Shown piece after piece: positions 30,285-40,137 of a DNA stretch of 64,000 bases. The stretch comes from Lachnospiraceae bacterium. Its GTDB lineage: Bacteria > Bacillota > Clostridia > Lachnospirales > Lachnospiraceae. The first letter of the stretch is position 1. The number at the start of each line of letters is the position of its first letter. Made by a program: the position numbers and the translations under genes. The notes under the pieces were generated by a model, which had not been told where the DNA came from, did no database searches, and worked only from the letters and a program-made list of their open reading frames with translations. Where the stretch lies: positions 8,343 through 72,342 of the forward strand of contig JAJQBS010000086.1 of assembly GCA_021203145.1 (NCBI GenBank), read 5' to 3'.

Positions 30285-31346
30285 TCATTCCTGATTCCAA
30301 TGCTCCAGTTCACTCCGCAGCACCATCAGCAACTCCTGCTCGGGTACCTTGCGAATGATCTCACCATTTTTTATCAGCAGCCCGACGCCTTTGCCCCCGG
30401 CGATCCCGATATCTGCCTCCTTCGCCTCGCCCGGGCCGTTTACCACACAGCCCATCACGGCGACCTTGATATCAAGAGGGATATCCGCCACCATCCTCTC
30501 CACCTGATTGGCCAACCCGATCAGGTCTATCTGCGTACGCCCGCAGGTCGGGCAGGATACGACCTCAATCCCGCCCTTTCGAAGTCCCAGCGTCCGCAGG
30601 ATCAGCTTCGCAGTGCGCACCTCCTCGACGGGGTCGCCTGTCAGAGAGACACGGATTGTGTCGCCGATGCCTTCCGACAGAATAATGCCCAGGCCAACGG
30701 AAGATTTGATATTTCCGGAATAGAGCGTGCCGGATTCTGTAATGCCCACATGCAATGGGTAATGAGTCTTCTGCACTAGCAGGCGATGCGCCTGCACACA
30801 GAACATGACGTCCGACGCCTTAATGCTGATCACAAGATTGTCATACCCCATGTCCTCAATCACGGCTGTCTGGCGCAATGCGCTCTCCACGATCCCCTCC
30901 GGCGTCACCCCTCCGTCGCGCTCGACAATCTCTTTTTCCAGAGAACCGCTGTTTACGCCGACACGGATGGGGATTCCGCGCTCCTTCGCTACAGAAACCA
31001 CCGCGCGGACGCGTCCGGTATCCCCGATATTGCCCGGATTGATTCGGATTTTATCCGCTCCGGCCTCCATCGCTGCGATAGCCAGCCGGTAGTCAAAATG
31101 TATGTCCGCTACCAGAGGGATGGAAATCTGCTTTTTGATCTCTTTTAATGCCTGTGCCGCTTCCATTGTCGGCACGGCACAGCGGATAATATCACAGCCT
31201 GCAGCAGCAAGAGCCTGAATCTGCCGGACCGTCGCCGCGACATCCTCGGTCTTCGTATTTGTCATCGACTGGATCAGAATCGGATGGCCGCCGCCGATCA
31301 CGCGGTCGCCGATCTGAACCACTTTTGTATTTTCTCTGTATGTCAT
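30285..31346 (-). CDS. ispG: HMBPP synthase IspG
   Basis: IQSMTNT, VADIHFD, RINPGNIG, SCPTCGR, MGCVVNGPGE. Confidence 0.97.
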   Translation of the reverse strand: MTYRENTKVVQIGDRVIGGGHPILIQSMTNTKTEDVAATVRQIQALAAAGCDIIRCAVPTMEAAQALKEIKKQISIPLVADIHFDYRLAIAAMEAGADKIRINPGNIGDTGRVRAVVSVAKERGIPIRVGVNSGSLEKEIVERDGGVTPEGIVESALRQTAVIEDMGYDNLVISIKASDVMFCVQAHRLLVQKTHYPLHVGITESGTLYSGNIKSSVGLGIILSEGIGDTIRVSLTGDPVEEVRTAKLILRTLGLRKGGIEVVSCPTCGRTQIDLIGLANQVERMVADIPLDIKVAVMGCVVNGPGEAKEADIGIAGGKGVGLLIKNGEIIRKVPEQELLMVLRSELEHWNQE

Positions 31347-31393
31347 AAGAAATCACCCCTCTTTCGCAAAAGTCGCAGCTGCGTTCATCCCCC

Positions 31394-33694
31394 TTACTCT
31401 TCCTCCGGCTGCGCCGGCACAAACCGCCGTGTTTTTACCGGATCCAGGGCGTCCTCACTCGCCCTTTTCTCTTCATGCGCCTCGCGGATGGCCTCCTCAC
31501 AGAAATATTCCTGTGCGCAGAGCCGCTCCTTGCCGCGGCGGTCGATCTTTTCATAGGTGCCGTCCGCCTGCAGTACCTGCGCCTTCACGTTGTCGTCCAG
31601 CTGAATCTGCAGAATGTGGCGCACCTTCTCCCTGATTTCCGGATCCTCGACCGGGAAGAGGATCTCGACCCGCTTGTCCAGATTGCGCGGCATCCAGTCC
31701 GCGCTCGCCAGATAAAACTCTTCATTCTCGTCGTTCAGGAAGTAGAATATACGTGCATGCTCCAGGAAGGTGCCGACGATGGAGCGCACACGGATCGTCT
31801 CGCTGACGCCCGGTATCCCGGTCTTCAGGCAGCAGATGCCCCGGATAATCAGGTCAATCTGCACACCCGCGGCGGACGCCTCATAAAGTGCCTCGATGAT
31901 CTCCTTGTCGCAGAGGGAATTCATCTTCGCGATAATTCTGGCCGGCAGGCCATCCTTCGCGTGCTGCGTTTCGCGTGCGATCAGATACATAAACCGGTCG
32001 CGCATCCAGATCGGCGCAAGCGCCAGGCGGTTCCAGTGCTTCGGCTCGGAATAGCCGGAGAGCATATTAAACACGGCCGTCGCGTCCTCCCCGAAGGGCT
32101 CCTGGCAGGTCATAATGCCGCAGTCTGTGTACTGTTTCGCGGTAGAATCGTTATAATTGCCCGTGCCAAGGTGCACATAACGGCGGATGCCATCCTCCTC
32201 GCGCCGCACCACGAGCGTGATCTTACAGTGCGTCTTTAACCCCAGCAGGCCGTAGATGACGTGGCAGCCCGCTTTCTCCAGCATTTTCGCCCAGTTGATA
32301 TTGTTTTCCTCATCGAAACGGGCCTTCAGCTCCACGAGGACGGACACCTGTTTCCCGTTCTCGGCCGCCTGCGCGAGTGCAATGACGATGGGTGAATTAC
32401 CGCTGACACGGTAGAGCGTCTGCTTGATCGCAAGCACGTCCGGGTCGGCTGCGGCCTGCTTTACAAACTGTACCACCGGGTCGAAGGTCATATACGGGTG
32501 GTGCAGGGAAATATCTCCCCTGCGGATCTGCGCAAAAATATCTGTTCCTGCGCCGTGCCCCTGCGTAGTACCCGAAGAAAAGGCAGCACGCTCCTCCTCC
32601 GGGCGGATGTGAGATACTGCTTCCGGATCAATCATCCCCGGCACCGGCTGCGGCTGATAGGGCTTCTGCTTATATTCCTCCATCCCCTCGATCCCGTAAA
32701 GCTTCATCAGGAAGGTCAGATCCAGCGGTCCGCTGATTTTATAGATATCATCATTTTTGACATCCAGCTCCTGCTTCAGGATTTTGAGCAGCTTCGGATC
32801 CATATTCTCTTCAATCTCCAGCCGGATCACCTCGCCCCACTGGCGTTTTTTCAGCTGCTTCTGAATCTCCTTGAGCAGATCCGACGCGTCGTCCTCGTCA
32901 ATCGTCAGATCCGCGTTTCTCATAATCCGGTATGGGTGGGCGCAGACCACATTATAATTCGAAAACAGCCGGTCAATATTCCGCTCGATCAGCTCCTCGA
33001 GGAGGATTACACACTTCGTCCCGTCCTCCGAATCCGGCAGCCGGACAATGCGCGGCAGCACGGAAGGCACCTGCACCGTCGCAAACTCCATGTGAACCTT
33101 CCCGGCCTTCAGGGTCTTCTCCGCTTTTCCGGCCTTCTCCGCCTTCTCACCCTTTGACGTCTTCTCGTCCGTCTCTTCCTTTTTAGAAATCAGCGCGCCG
33201 ATGTTCAGCGCCTTATTACGAATCAGAGGGAATGGCCGGGAGGAATCCATCGCCATCGGAGTCAGCACCGGATACACGTTTTCCTCAAAATACCGGTCGG
33301 CCGCCTCCGCCTGCTCCTTCGTCAGCTTCTCATGCCCCGTCACGACCTCCAGCCCATGCTGCTTCATCAGCGGCAGCAGTGAGCGGTTGTAGGTCGAATA
33401 CTGCTGCTTCACCAGCTCATGCGCTTCCACGGAAATCATATCCAGCTGCTCCTGCGGAGTCATCCCGGAAATATCCTTCTTCGTATATTTCGCGTGAACC
33501 ATATCCTTCAGCGACGCGACACGGATCATAAAAAACTCGTCCAGATTTGACGCAGTAATACTTAAAAACTTCAGACGCTCCATTGATGGAATCGTTTTAT
33601 CTCGCGCCTCGCCGAGTACCCGTTCATTAAAGCTCAGCCAGCTTTTCTCCCTGTTTGTAAAATATTCCGGTTTATCAAATACCGTACCCGCCAT
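31394..33694 (-). CDS. ppk1: Polyphosphate kinase 1
   Basis: NREKSWLSFNERVL, LHHPY, HCKITLV, LEHARIF. Confidence 0.96.
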   Translation of the reverse strand: MAGTVFDKPEYFTNREKSWLSFNERVLGEARDKTIPSMERLKFLSITASNLDEFFMIRVASLKDMVHAKYTKKDISGMTPQEQLDMISVEAHELVKQQYSTYNRSLLPLMKQHGLEVVTGHEKLTKEQAEAADRYFEENVYPVLTPMAMDSSRPFPLIRNKALNIGALISKKEETDEKTSKGEKAEKAGKAEKTLKAGKVHMEFATVQVPSVLPRIVRLPDSEDGTKCVILLEELIERNIDRLFSNYNVVCAHPYRIMRNADLTIDEDDASDLLKEIQKQLKKRQWGEVIRLEIEENMDPKLLKILKQELDVKNDDIYKISGPLDLTFLMKLYGIEGMEEYKQKPYQPQPVPGMIDPEAVSHIRPEEERAAFSSGTTQGHGAGTDIFAQIRRGDISLHHPYMTFDPVVQFVKQAAADPDVLAIKQTLYRVSGNSPIVIALAQAAENGKQVSVLVELKARFDEENNINWAKMLEKAGCHVIYGLLGLKTHCKITLVVRREEDGIRRYVHLGTGNYNDSTAKQYTDCGIMTCQEPFGEDATAVFNMLSGYSEPKHWNRLALAPIWMRDRFMYLIARETQHAKDGLPARIIAKMNSLCDKEIIEALYEASAAGVQIDLIIRGICCLKTGIPGVSETIRVRSIVGTFLEHARIFYFLNDENEEFYLASADWMPRNLDKRVEILFPVEDPEIREKVRHILQIQLDDNVKAQVLQADGTYEKIDRRGKERLCAQEYFCEEAIREAHEEKRASEDALDPVKTRRFVPAQPEEE

Positions 33695-33719
33695 TTTTTA
33701 TACCTCTTTCCCTTGTTTC

Positions 33720-33896
33720 AATCCACGCCCGGTATATTATTGGAGTGCGACATAAGTATGCTCCGGGTGTCATAATACTCCTCCTGAGCACACAGCATAT
33801 GTGGATTGATTTGCATTGGAATGGGATACCGATTTCTCTCCGCCCATCCCAATGTAAGCTTCCTATTAACCACGCATCTAAAGCTACGTGGATTTC
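33720..33896 (-). mobile_element. Candidate IS200/IS605-family end remnant
   Basis: GAAATCCACGTAGCTTTAGATGCGTGG subterminal-type hairpin; AGGAGG followed by a decayed DTRS..SHS stretch resembling a TnpA N-terminus; bounded by AATCCACG/CGTGGATT. Confidence 0.4.
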
Positions 33897-35663
33897 TCAA
33901 TAAACTTTAAAAACTACGCATGCTATGTTTAATGTCTTCTTCTGCTTCAGCACCGGCCGCACGTTGAATACTTCCTCGAAAAAGTCCACCTTCTCTTCAA
34001 AAGCCCCCCGCTCCAGTGAGAGATCCGCCTGGCTCGCCACCGAAATCCGAAGCTCATGTTCCTTTAATGTCACTGTCAGATTGCTGCATTTCTGCTGGTG
34101 TGTGCGGTCGAGCGAATTCGCGATGCGGAGGATCGCAGTCAGCTTTGCCACAATCATATATTCCTTTTCATCCAGATCAGTCTTCGTCTCCAGCTCATCA
34201 TAATAGATAAAACGGCTTGTGTTATACTTGACCGTGTACGCCACAATCGCACGCTCCTCGTGTGACAGGCCGATGATCTCTGTCGCGAGAATAATATTGT
34301 AAGCACAGTCAGAGACGTCTGTAAGACTGATAAATTTCCCACAGCTGTGCAGGATCACCGCAATCTGCAAAAGCAGCCGCTCCCTCTGCCCCAGGCCGTG
34401 TACCTTTTTCATATGGTCAAAAATCTCTACCGCAATCTCCCCGATGTTCCGGATATGCGCCTGACCGGTCTTGTAGCGCTTGGATATGCTGCGCGCCGCC
34501 GCCAGAATGTCCTCGTCAAAGCTGTGCCGCCTGGTGAGCAGCCCCATCCGCACACCGTAGTCATACGCGACGCCGTCATTTAAGGAAAAGCCCGGCATCC
34601 ACACGACGTCAACGTCAAAGCTCTCAATCAGGCTTCGGCAGATCACCGCGGACGGAATGATCGCGTCCGTCATATCCGAAGGCAGATTATATTTCTTCGC
34701 GATCTCGCCCGGCGTATGCGCAATCAGCTCTTTATAAATCATCTCGTACTGTTCTTTTGTCAGGGAGTGAATGATTCTGCCATCCGATTCCTTTTCTGAG
34801 CCGGTTCCCCTCCCGGGCAGCGGCTCCTTTTCTGAAGCAGCCTTTTTCCCGGACTGCTCTGTCTTATCCACCCCCGGCTCTTTTTTCGAATCACCACGCC
34901 GCGCAGATTCGTCTGCGGAGGTTTCTGCTTTCAGAATGTCCGCCTCCCTTTTCTGGAGGAGCGTGCGGATCTCTTCCGTCTCGTTCATCGAGAGCATCTC
35001 GCTTAAGCCGCCGCCCAGGACAATCAGGTTGCGGATCTTGCGATCCTTCTGGTAAAGCTTTGTGAAGCCGGTCAGCTCATAATCCATCAGCTCCCGGATC
35101 AGCCTTTCAAAATGCTCCCCGTTTTTCGAAAGAGGCAGCAGATTCTCGCGTGTCGTAATATTTCCCACGCGGATATTCTGTGTCGTGATCAGCTTATCCT
35201 TGTCAAACAGAGAAATCTGCGTACTGCTCCCACTGATGTCAACAATCGCGGTCGCGTTCGTGATAATACTTTCAAACTCCGCCGACACCGAAGCGATTGC
35301 CTGATAATCCACAAAACGCTGCTCGGAGTTCGTAAAAACATCAATGTCGAGACCGGTCCGCTTCTCAATGTAATCACAGAGAAACGTCTTGTTGCGCGAC
35401 TCCCGGAACGCGCTCGTCGCAAATACACGGTAGGCGGCCACCTTATAGCCGGACATCGTGCGCTTAAAATCACCAAGTACCGCGCAGAGCTCATCCACAT
35501 GCTCCCGGCTGATGCGCCCCTGCTCATACACGTCCAGGCCAAGGTTGATGCGGGTCGAAACGCACTCAATCTCCTTCATCGCCCGCTTCTGCGTAAATTC
35601 AAAGATTTTCATTTCGGTCACGGCAGATCCGATGCTGACCGCCGCAAATAATTTTACTGCCAT
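33897..35663 (-). CDS. ppx: Ppx/GppA exopolyphosphatase with HD domain
   Basis: AAVSIGS, ATSAFRES, DISGSSTQ, ILHSCGKF; adjacent to ppk1; GGGAGG RBS. Confidence 0.88.
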   Translation of the reverse strand: MAVKLFAAVSIGSAVTEMKIFEFTQKRAMKEIECVSTRINLGLDVYEQGRISREHVDELCAVLGDFKRTMSGYKVAAYRVFATSAFRESRNKTFLCDYIEKRTGLDIDVFTNSEQRFVDYQAIASVSAEFESIITNATAIVDISGSSTQISLFDKDKLITTQNIRVGNITTRENLLPLSKNGEHFERLIRELMDYELTGFTKLYQKDRKIRNLIVLGGGLSEMLSMNETEEIRTLLQKREADILKAETSADESARRGDSKKEPGVDKTEQSGKKAASEKEPLPGRGTGSEKESDGRIIHSLTKEQYEMIYKELIAHTPGEIAKKYNLPSDMTDAIIPSAVICRSLIESFDVDVVWMPGFSLNDGVAYDYGVRMGLLTRRHSFDEDILAAARSISKRYKTGQAHIRNIGEIAVEIFDHMKKVHGLGQRERLLLQIAVILHSCGKFISLTDVSDCAYNIILATEIIGLSHEERAIVAYTVKYNTSRFIYYDELETKTDLDEKEYMIVAKLTAILRIANSLDRTHQQKCSNLTVTLKEHELRISVASQADLSLERGAFEEKVDFFEEVFNVRPVLKQKKTLNIACVVFKVY

Positions 35664-35695
35664 GCATGCCTCCCTCATATATTTACATTTCTGCT

Positions 35696-37318
35696 TCACA
35701 GGCTTTCCTGCATTGCAGAAATATAGTCGACGAACTGCTGCGCGGTTCTGCCTGACAGCCCCCCATGGCTCAGCTCCCATTTGTTCGCCTCGGCAAGCAG
35801 CTCGTCCTCCGGCATCGTGATGCCATACCGCGCCGCAAGCGTGCGCACAATGTTCTGAAACTGCTTTTTATCCGGCGAGCCAAAGTAGATCGTGACGCCG
35901 AACCGGGAGGAGAGCGAAAGCTTCTCCTGTACGGTGTCCGATACATGCAGGTCGCCTCCGTGCGTCGCATGGATTTCCGCCGGTTTTCCGATGTCTCCCT
36001 CCATATTGTCGCCGTACTGCTCCCGGATCAGGTGGCGCCGGTTCGAGGTTGCGTAAATCAGCACGTTTTCCGGCCTGCGCTCCAGGCCGCCCTCGATCAC
36101 CGCCTTCAGATATTTATATTCCACCTCGAACTCTTCGAATGAAAGATCATCCATATAGATAATATACCGATAGTTGCGGTTTTTAATCTGCTCGATTACC
36201 GCGTTCAGATCCTGAAACTGGTGCTTGTAAATCTCAATCATCCGCAGTCCGCGGTCATAGTATTGATTGAGAATACCCTTGATACTGGAGGATTTCCCCG
36301 TCCCCGCGTCGCCAAAGAGCAGACAGTTGTTTGCGGGCTTTCCTGCCAGAAACGCCTCCGTATTGTCAATCAGCTTTTTCTTCTGAATCTCATAGCCTAC
36401 CAGATCGTCAAGCTTCACATGTGCGATGTTCGTGATCGGCAGAATCTGCACGCCATTCTCATCATGGAGGATGCGGAATGCTTTGTGAAGGCCAAACTTG
36501 CCCACGCCATATTCCCGGTAAAAGCGAATCATGTGTTCCGCAAACCGGTCAATATCCCCCGTCAGGCCATAAGATCCACCTGCCTCCTGCAGCTGATCTC
36601 CATCAGAAGATCCGGCTCCCTTCTCCAGCGTTATTTTCCGCGCCCCCGCTTCATCTGTCGAAAATGCGCCCGGCGTTCCTTCCTCACTCTGGTCATCAGC
36701 AAAATCTCCCGGCGCCCCAGCCACAGAATCCGCCGCCAGCTGCGCACTCAGCTCGCAGATGCGGTCACGGATGCGGCGGTTAAACACCTTTCCCTCCACA
36801 GAGCCTCTCCGGTAATGCAGAATTTCTTCAAAGAACCCGACATTCAGCCTCTTTTCGATCCCTGAAAAGTCCAGAGTAAACAGCCGCATAAAAATTGCAA
36901 AATCATGCTTCGCCAATGTCAGCAGGCTCCCATCCGAAATGCCGCAGATCTCGCAGGAGGTACTGAAAACATTCTCATTATTTACAAGCAGAAGCGTCAG
37001 ATAATTGTGCCAGAGATTTCCCTCAAATCCATAGGTGCCCGCCAGGTCGACCAGCGCATGCATGCAGGAGAAAAAACGCTCCCGGATTATATCGCGGTCC
37101 ATCTCGCGATTCGAATCACAGCCCGCAGCTCGGTTCGCAGAACAGCTCATATCATGATCCGAATCACAGTTCCTGTCACGGTTCGAATCACAGCCCGTAT
37201 CATGGTCCGTCTCCTCATCTGCCCCATGATCCAACAAGGTAAGCACCTGCTTCATATCCTTCAGGATCTGCCCGTTTTCAAAATTACGATACAATATCAG
37301 CTCGTCTAAGTCCCTCAT
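35696..37318 (-). CDS. DUF815 AAA ATPase with two insertions
   Basis: ANNCLLFGDAGTGKSS, YMDDLSFE, YATSNRRHL, SGRTAQQF. Confidence 0.88.
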   Translation of the reverse strand: MRDLDELILYRNFENGQILKDMKQVLTLLDHGADEETDHDTGCDSNRDRNCDSDHDMSCSANRAAGCDSNREMDRDIIRERFFSCMHALVDLAGTYGFEGNLWHNYLTLLLVNNENVFSTSCEICGISDGSLLTLAKHDFAIFMRLFTLDFSGIEKRLNVGFFEEILHYRRGSVEGKVFNRRIRDRICELSAQLAADSVAGAPGDFADDQSEEGTPGAFSTDEAGARKITLEKGAGSSDGDQLQEAGGSYGLTGDIDRFAEHMIRFYREYGVGKFGLHKAFRILHDENGVQILPITNIAHVKLDDLVGYEIQKKKLIDNTEAFLAGKPANNCLLFGDAGTGKSSSIKGILNQYYDRGLRMIEIYKHQFQDLNAVIEQIKNRNYRYIIYMDDLSFEEFEVEYKYLKAVIEGGLERRPENVLIYATSNRRHLIREQYGDNMEGDIGKPAEIHATHGGDLHVSDTVQEKLSLSSRFGVTIYFGSPDKKQFQNIVRTLAARYGITMPEDELLAEANKWELSHGGLSGRTAQQFVDYISAMQESL

Positions 37319-37455
37319 TTTATGCCTCACGTTTTCCGCTATATTTTTATGCCTGCCACTGGACTGGAACGCAATGCAAAATCCGATAACAGCGCATTCC
37401 TTATATGCCCGCCCCACAGGCGATCCGCTGTGCGCAGGCCGCCAGCGGCATGTCC

Positions 37456-38586
37456 TCAATAATTCCCTAGTATTTTCATATTGATCGCTTCCTCGCGGAT
37501 GCCCCGCAGCGCATTTTTGACCGCGCTCTCCGACAGATTTCCGTCAAAGTCGATAAAGAAGCGGTACTCCCAGTTCCGCCCGGGTATCGGACGGGACTCG
37601 ATCTTATTCATATTCAGGTTATTATAAATAAAATGCGAAAGAATATTGTAAAGAGAACCGCTCGAATGCGGAACCTCAAAACAGATACTGATCTTTTTCG
37701 CGTCCCGCCGGAAAATCCGCTGGTTCGTAACCACAATAAAGCGCGTGGAATTCGCCTCATTGTAATAGATTTTCTCCTCAAGCACCTCCAGCCCGAAATA
37801 TTCTGCGGCAAAGGCGCTGCCCACGGCCGCCTGCGTCGGGTCGCCGTCCTCCGCCACCTTCTTAGCCGCGCGCGCCGTATTGTCAAATGGAATCAGCTGC
37901 CACTCGGGATGGCGGTACAGGTACTCCTCGCACTGGGAGAGCGCCTGCTGGTGCGAATACACGCGCTGAATCATCTCCGGCTTTGTCCCCGGCAGGCCTA
38001 GCAGAGCGTGCTCACATTTGACAATCTGCTCCCCGACAATGTAATTCTCAAAATTGACAAGCAGGTCATAATTATCCGCCACAATTCCCGCGGAGGAATT
38101 CTCAATCGGCAGCACCGCGTAATCCGCAGAGCCCTCCGCAATCGTCTCCATCGCGTCGCGGAACTTTCTCACATGAAAACAGTTGACGTCCTTCCCAAAA
38201 TACTCGCGCATCGCCGCGTGGCTGTATGCGCCCTCCACGCCCTGATAGACGACGCGGATATTTGTGCGGTCAATGTCGTCCACCGCAATAAACGGCAGAC
38301 GCCCGGCCGCTCCATTCTCTTCCAGGAGCTGATACTGGAGCTTGCGGCTCATCGACATAATCTGAGAGAAGAGCTCCTGCACGCCATGGCGATTGAAGTC
38401 ATTATGGGCCATTTCACCGAGCGTCTTTAGCTTGCTGTGTTCCCGCTCCCTGTCAAACACCTTCCTGCCGTTCGCGATCTTGTAGCGCGCCACTTCCTCG
38501 CTGATGTCCATTCGCCGCTCGAACAGCTCTGTAATCTGCCGGTCGACATCATCAATCTCTTCTCTCAGTTCCTGTAAATTCCTCAT
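37456..38586 (-). CDS. pheA: Chorismate mutase/prephenate dehydratase
   Basis: LREEIDDVDRQI, QGVEGAYSH, LPIENS, TRFIV, ACT domain IESRP. Confidence 0.95.
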   Translation of the reverse strand: MRNLQELREEIDDVDRQITELFERRMDISEEVARYKIANGRKVFDREREHSKLKTLGEMAHNDFNRHGVQELFSQIMSMSRKLQYQLLEENGAAGRLPFIAVDDIDRTNIRVVYQGVEGAYSHAAMREYFGKDVNCFHVRKFRDAMETIAEGSADYAVLPIENSSAGIVADNYDLLVNFENYIVGEQIVKCEHALLGLPGTKPEMIQRVYSHQQALSQCEEYLYRHPEWQLIPFDNTARAAKKVAEDGDPTQAAVGSAFAAEYFGLEVLEEKIYYNEANSTRFIVVTNQRIFRRDAKKISICFEVPHSSGSLYNILSHFIYNNLNMNKIESRPIPGRNWEYRFFIDFDGNLSESAVKNALRGIREEAINMKILGNY

Positions 38587-38681
38587 ACCGTGTTCCTCAA
38601 TCCTCTTTGTCGTGTTCCCAGTCATCTTCTCTGCTTCCTTACCATTGATTCCTTATTGTTATCTGATATCTGCTGTCATAC

Positions 38682-38710
38682 ATCTTACCGCGCTTTCCCC
38701 GTTTTGTCCA
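38682..38710 (-). promoter_or_regulatory. pheA promoter
   Basis: TGGACA-N17-TAAGAT. Confidence 0.55.
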
Positions 38711-38741
38711 CTCTCAAAAATCAGATAAAATTTAGCCGCAA

Positions 38742-39022
38742 AACACCCTCGCCGGGTTTTGCCCCCAGTCTTTGATTGTGGGGCGCGGGCATCCCACGCT
38801 TCGCATGGGATATGCCTTGCCCGGCCCTGCGCATCAGACAGCAATGGCTCCGCGATCGCGGAGCCAGCTTCCCCTTCCGCCGGGAATCAGGCGGAGTATG
38901 AATTGTAAAGTATTCAGCAGTCAGAGTACTGCCATGCAGAAATCCTGAGCGTCTGCCAACCGCGAAGCGGTTTTGGAATGGCAGACGCGATCTGCCACCG
39001 GGCTTGGGCGAGGGGCGTTTCC
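38742..39022. repeat. Multi-hairpin intergenic element (REP/MITE-like)
   Basis: Hairpins at 38791-38811, 38845-38866 and 38949-38988; imperfect terminal IR AAACACCCTCGCC / GGCGAGGGGCGTTT. Confidence 0.45.
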
Positions 39023-39043
39023 ACTTCCGGGCTTTCACCCCAT

Positions 39044-39622
39044 TTACGCTTTCACTATGCGGTCGGCAGAATTCGCCCCGGATGAATTCACAACAAACAC
39101 AGTCAGCGGACTGACGTAGAGAAGTGAACTCAGCACACAATAGATCGGCATCATAATCGCCCACTGAAGCAGTCTGCCCGGAATCAGCGCCATAAAGCTC
39201 ACCAGAAATTCGCCGCCGTTGTAGATCGCAAGGCCGGTCGTCGTAAACCCGAGCGTAGAGCATACCGACGCCAGGAACACGCCGACGCACACAAAGACAA
39301 CCTTCTTCCGCTTTGTCCCATACAGCAGAGGACGAAACAAGGCCGGTACAATGCCCCAGAGCATCGCGGCAACCGTGATGAACGGATTGACCGCATATCC
39401 CTTCAGCAGGCAGCCGAGCAGATCCGCGACCATGCCGCACAATCCGCCCGCGAGCGGTCCGAACCAGAGCCCGGCGAGAATCGTGCATACTACGCCGACC
39501 GTGATCCGGTAAGAGCCCAGCTCTATCACCAATAGCCGTGTCAGAACAATATGCATGGCGACCAGAAGACCCAGAAAAACAAGCGTACGGGTATCCCAGC
39601 TGGTTTTCGCATTTTTGTGCAT
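39044..39622 (-). CDS. folT: Folate ECF transporter S component
   Basis: GGAGG RBS; TRTLVFLGLLVAMHIVL, GLWFGPLAGGLCGMVADLLG; downstream of a THF riboswitch. Confidence 0.88.
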   Translation of the reverse strand: MHKNAKTSWDTRTLVFLGLLVAMHIVLTRLLVIELGSYRITVGVVCTILAGLWFGPLAGGLCGMVADLLGCLLKGYAVNPFITVAAMLWGIVPALFRPLLYGTKRKKVVFVCVGVFLASVCSTLGFTTTGLAIYNGGEFLVSFMALIPGRLLQWAIMMPIYCVLSSLLYVSPLTVFVVNSSGANSADRIVKA

Positions 39623-39859
39623 AATAAAACACCTCCATAATGTGCAAACGGCATTCCGGAGCAATCGTCTCTGACGACCGTCCCGGCAGGCAACAGATCG
39701 CGCAGGCAATCCGCTGACAGCCTCCGGGCGATCTGCTTCAGATCAGCTCCAGACGCCTTATCAACAGGCTGCGGCCACGGCAATCCTTTGGACAGCCCCG
39801 GCCATCCATAAATAATATGCCCTCCACATTATGAGATGTTGTGAAATGTCTCATAATTG

Positions 39860-39998
39860 TAGCAACGGGTGCGGAAAATATATCGTAAATCTCTTCCATA
39901 CCGAACGTGTCCGGGAATTGACACCTCGGCGGCCGGATTTTTCGTTTCACGGCGACTCCCCATCCAATGAACACTTAACGCATAGATTCCTACTTCAC
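39860..39998 (-). ncRNA. THF riboswitch with enlarged internal insert
   Basis: AGUAGG..AUGCGUUAAGUG...GGAUGGGGAGUCGCC...AACGAA...CCGCACCCG upstream of folT. Confidence 0.8.
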
Positions 39999-40017
39999 TA
40001 TTATTTACTTAAGGTGG

Positions 40018-40045
40018 ATTATATCACAGATATATGAATATGCAA
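40018..40045 (-). promoter_or_regulatory. folT/riboswitch promoter
   Basis: TTGCAT-N16-TATAAT with TG extension. Confidence 0.65.
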
Positions 40046-40137
40046 GTACAATTTTAAAGTTTCTGACACAGTAAACACAGAGCCTCCACCCAGAGCAGCC
40101 GATGGCAGGACTCCGGCTGCAGGAAGCCTCTGAGGAA

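Noticed and set aside
38721-39647. 308-aa ORF overlapping folT in another frame
   Set aside because: Arg/Cys/Gly-rich composition typical of off-frame GC-rich DNA; folT has the RBS, the riboswitch and the expected TM pattern.
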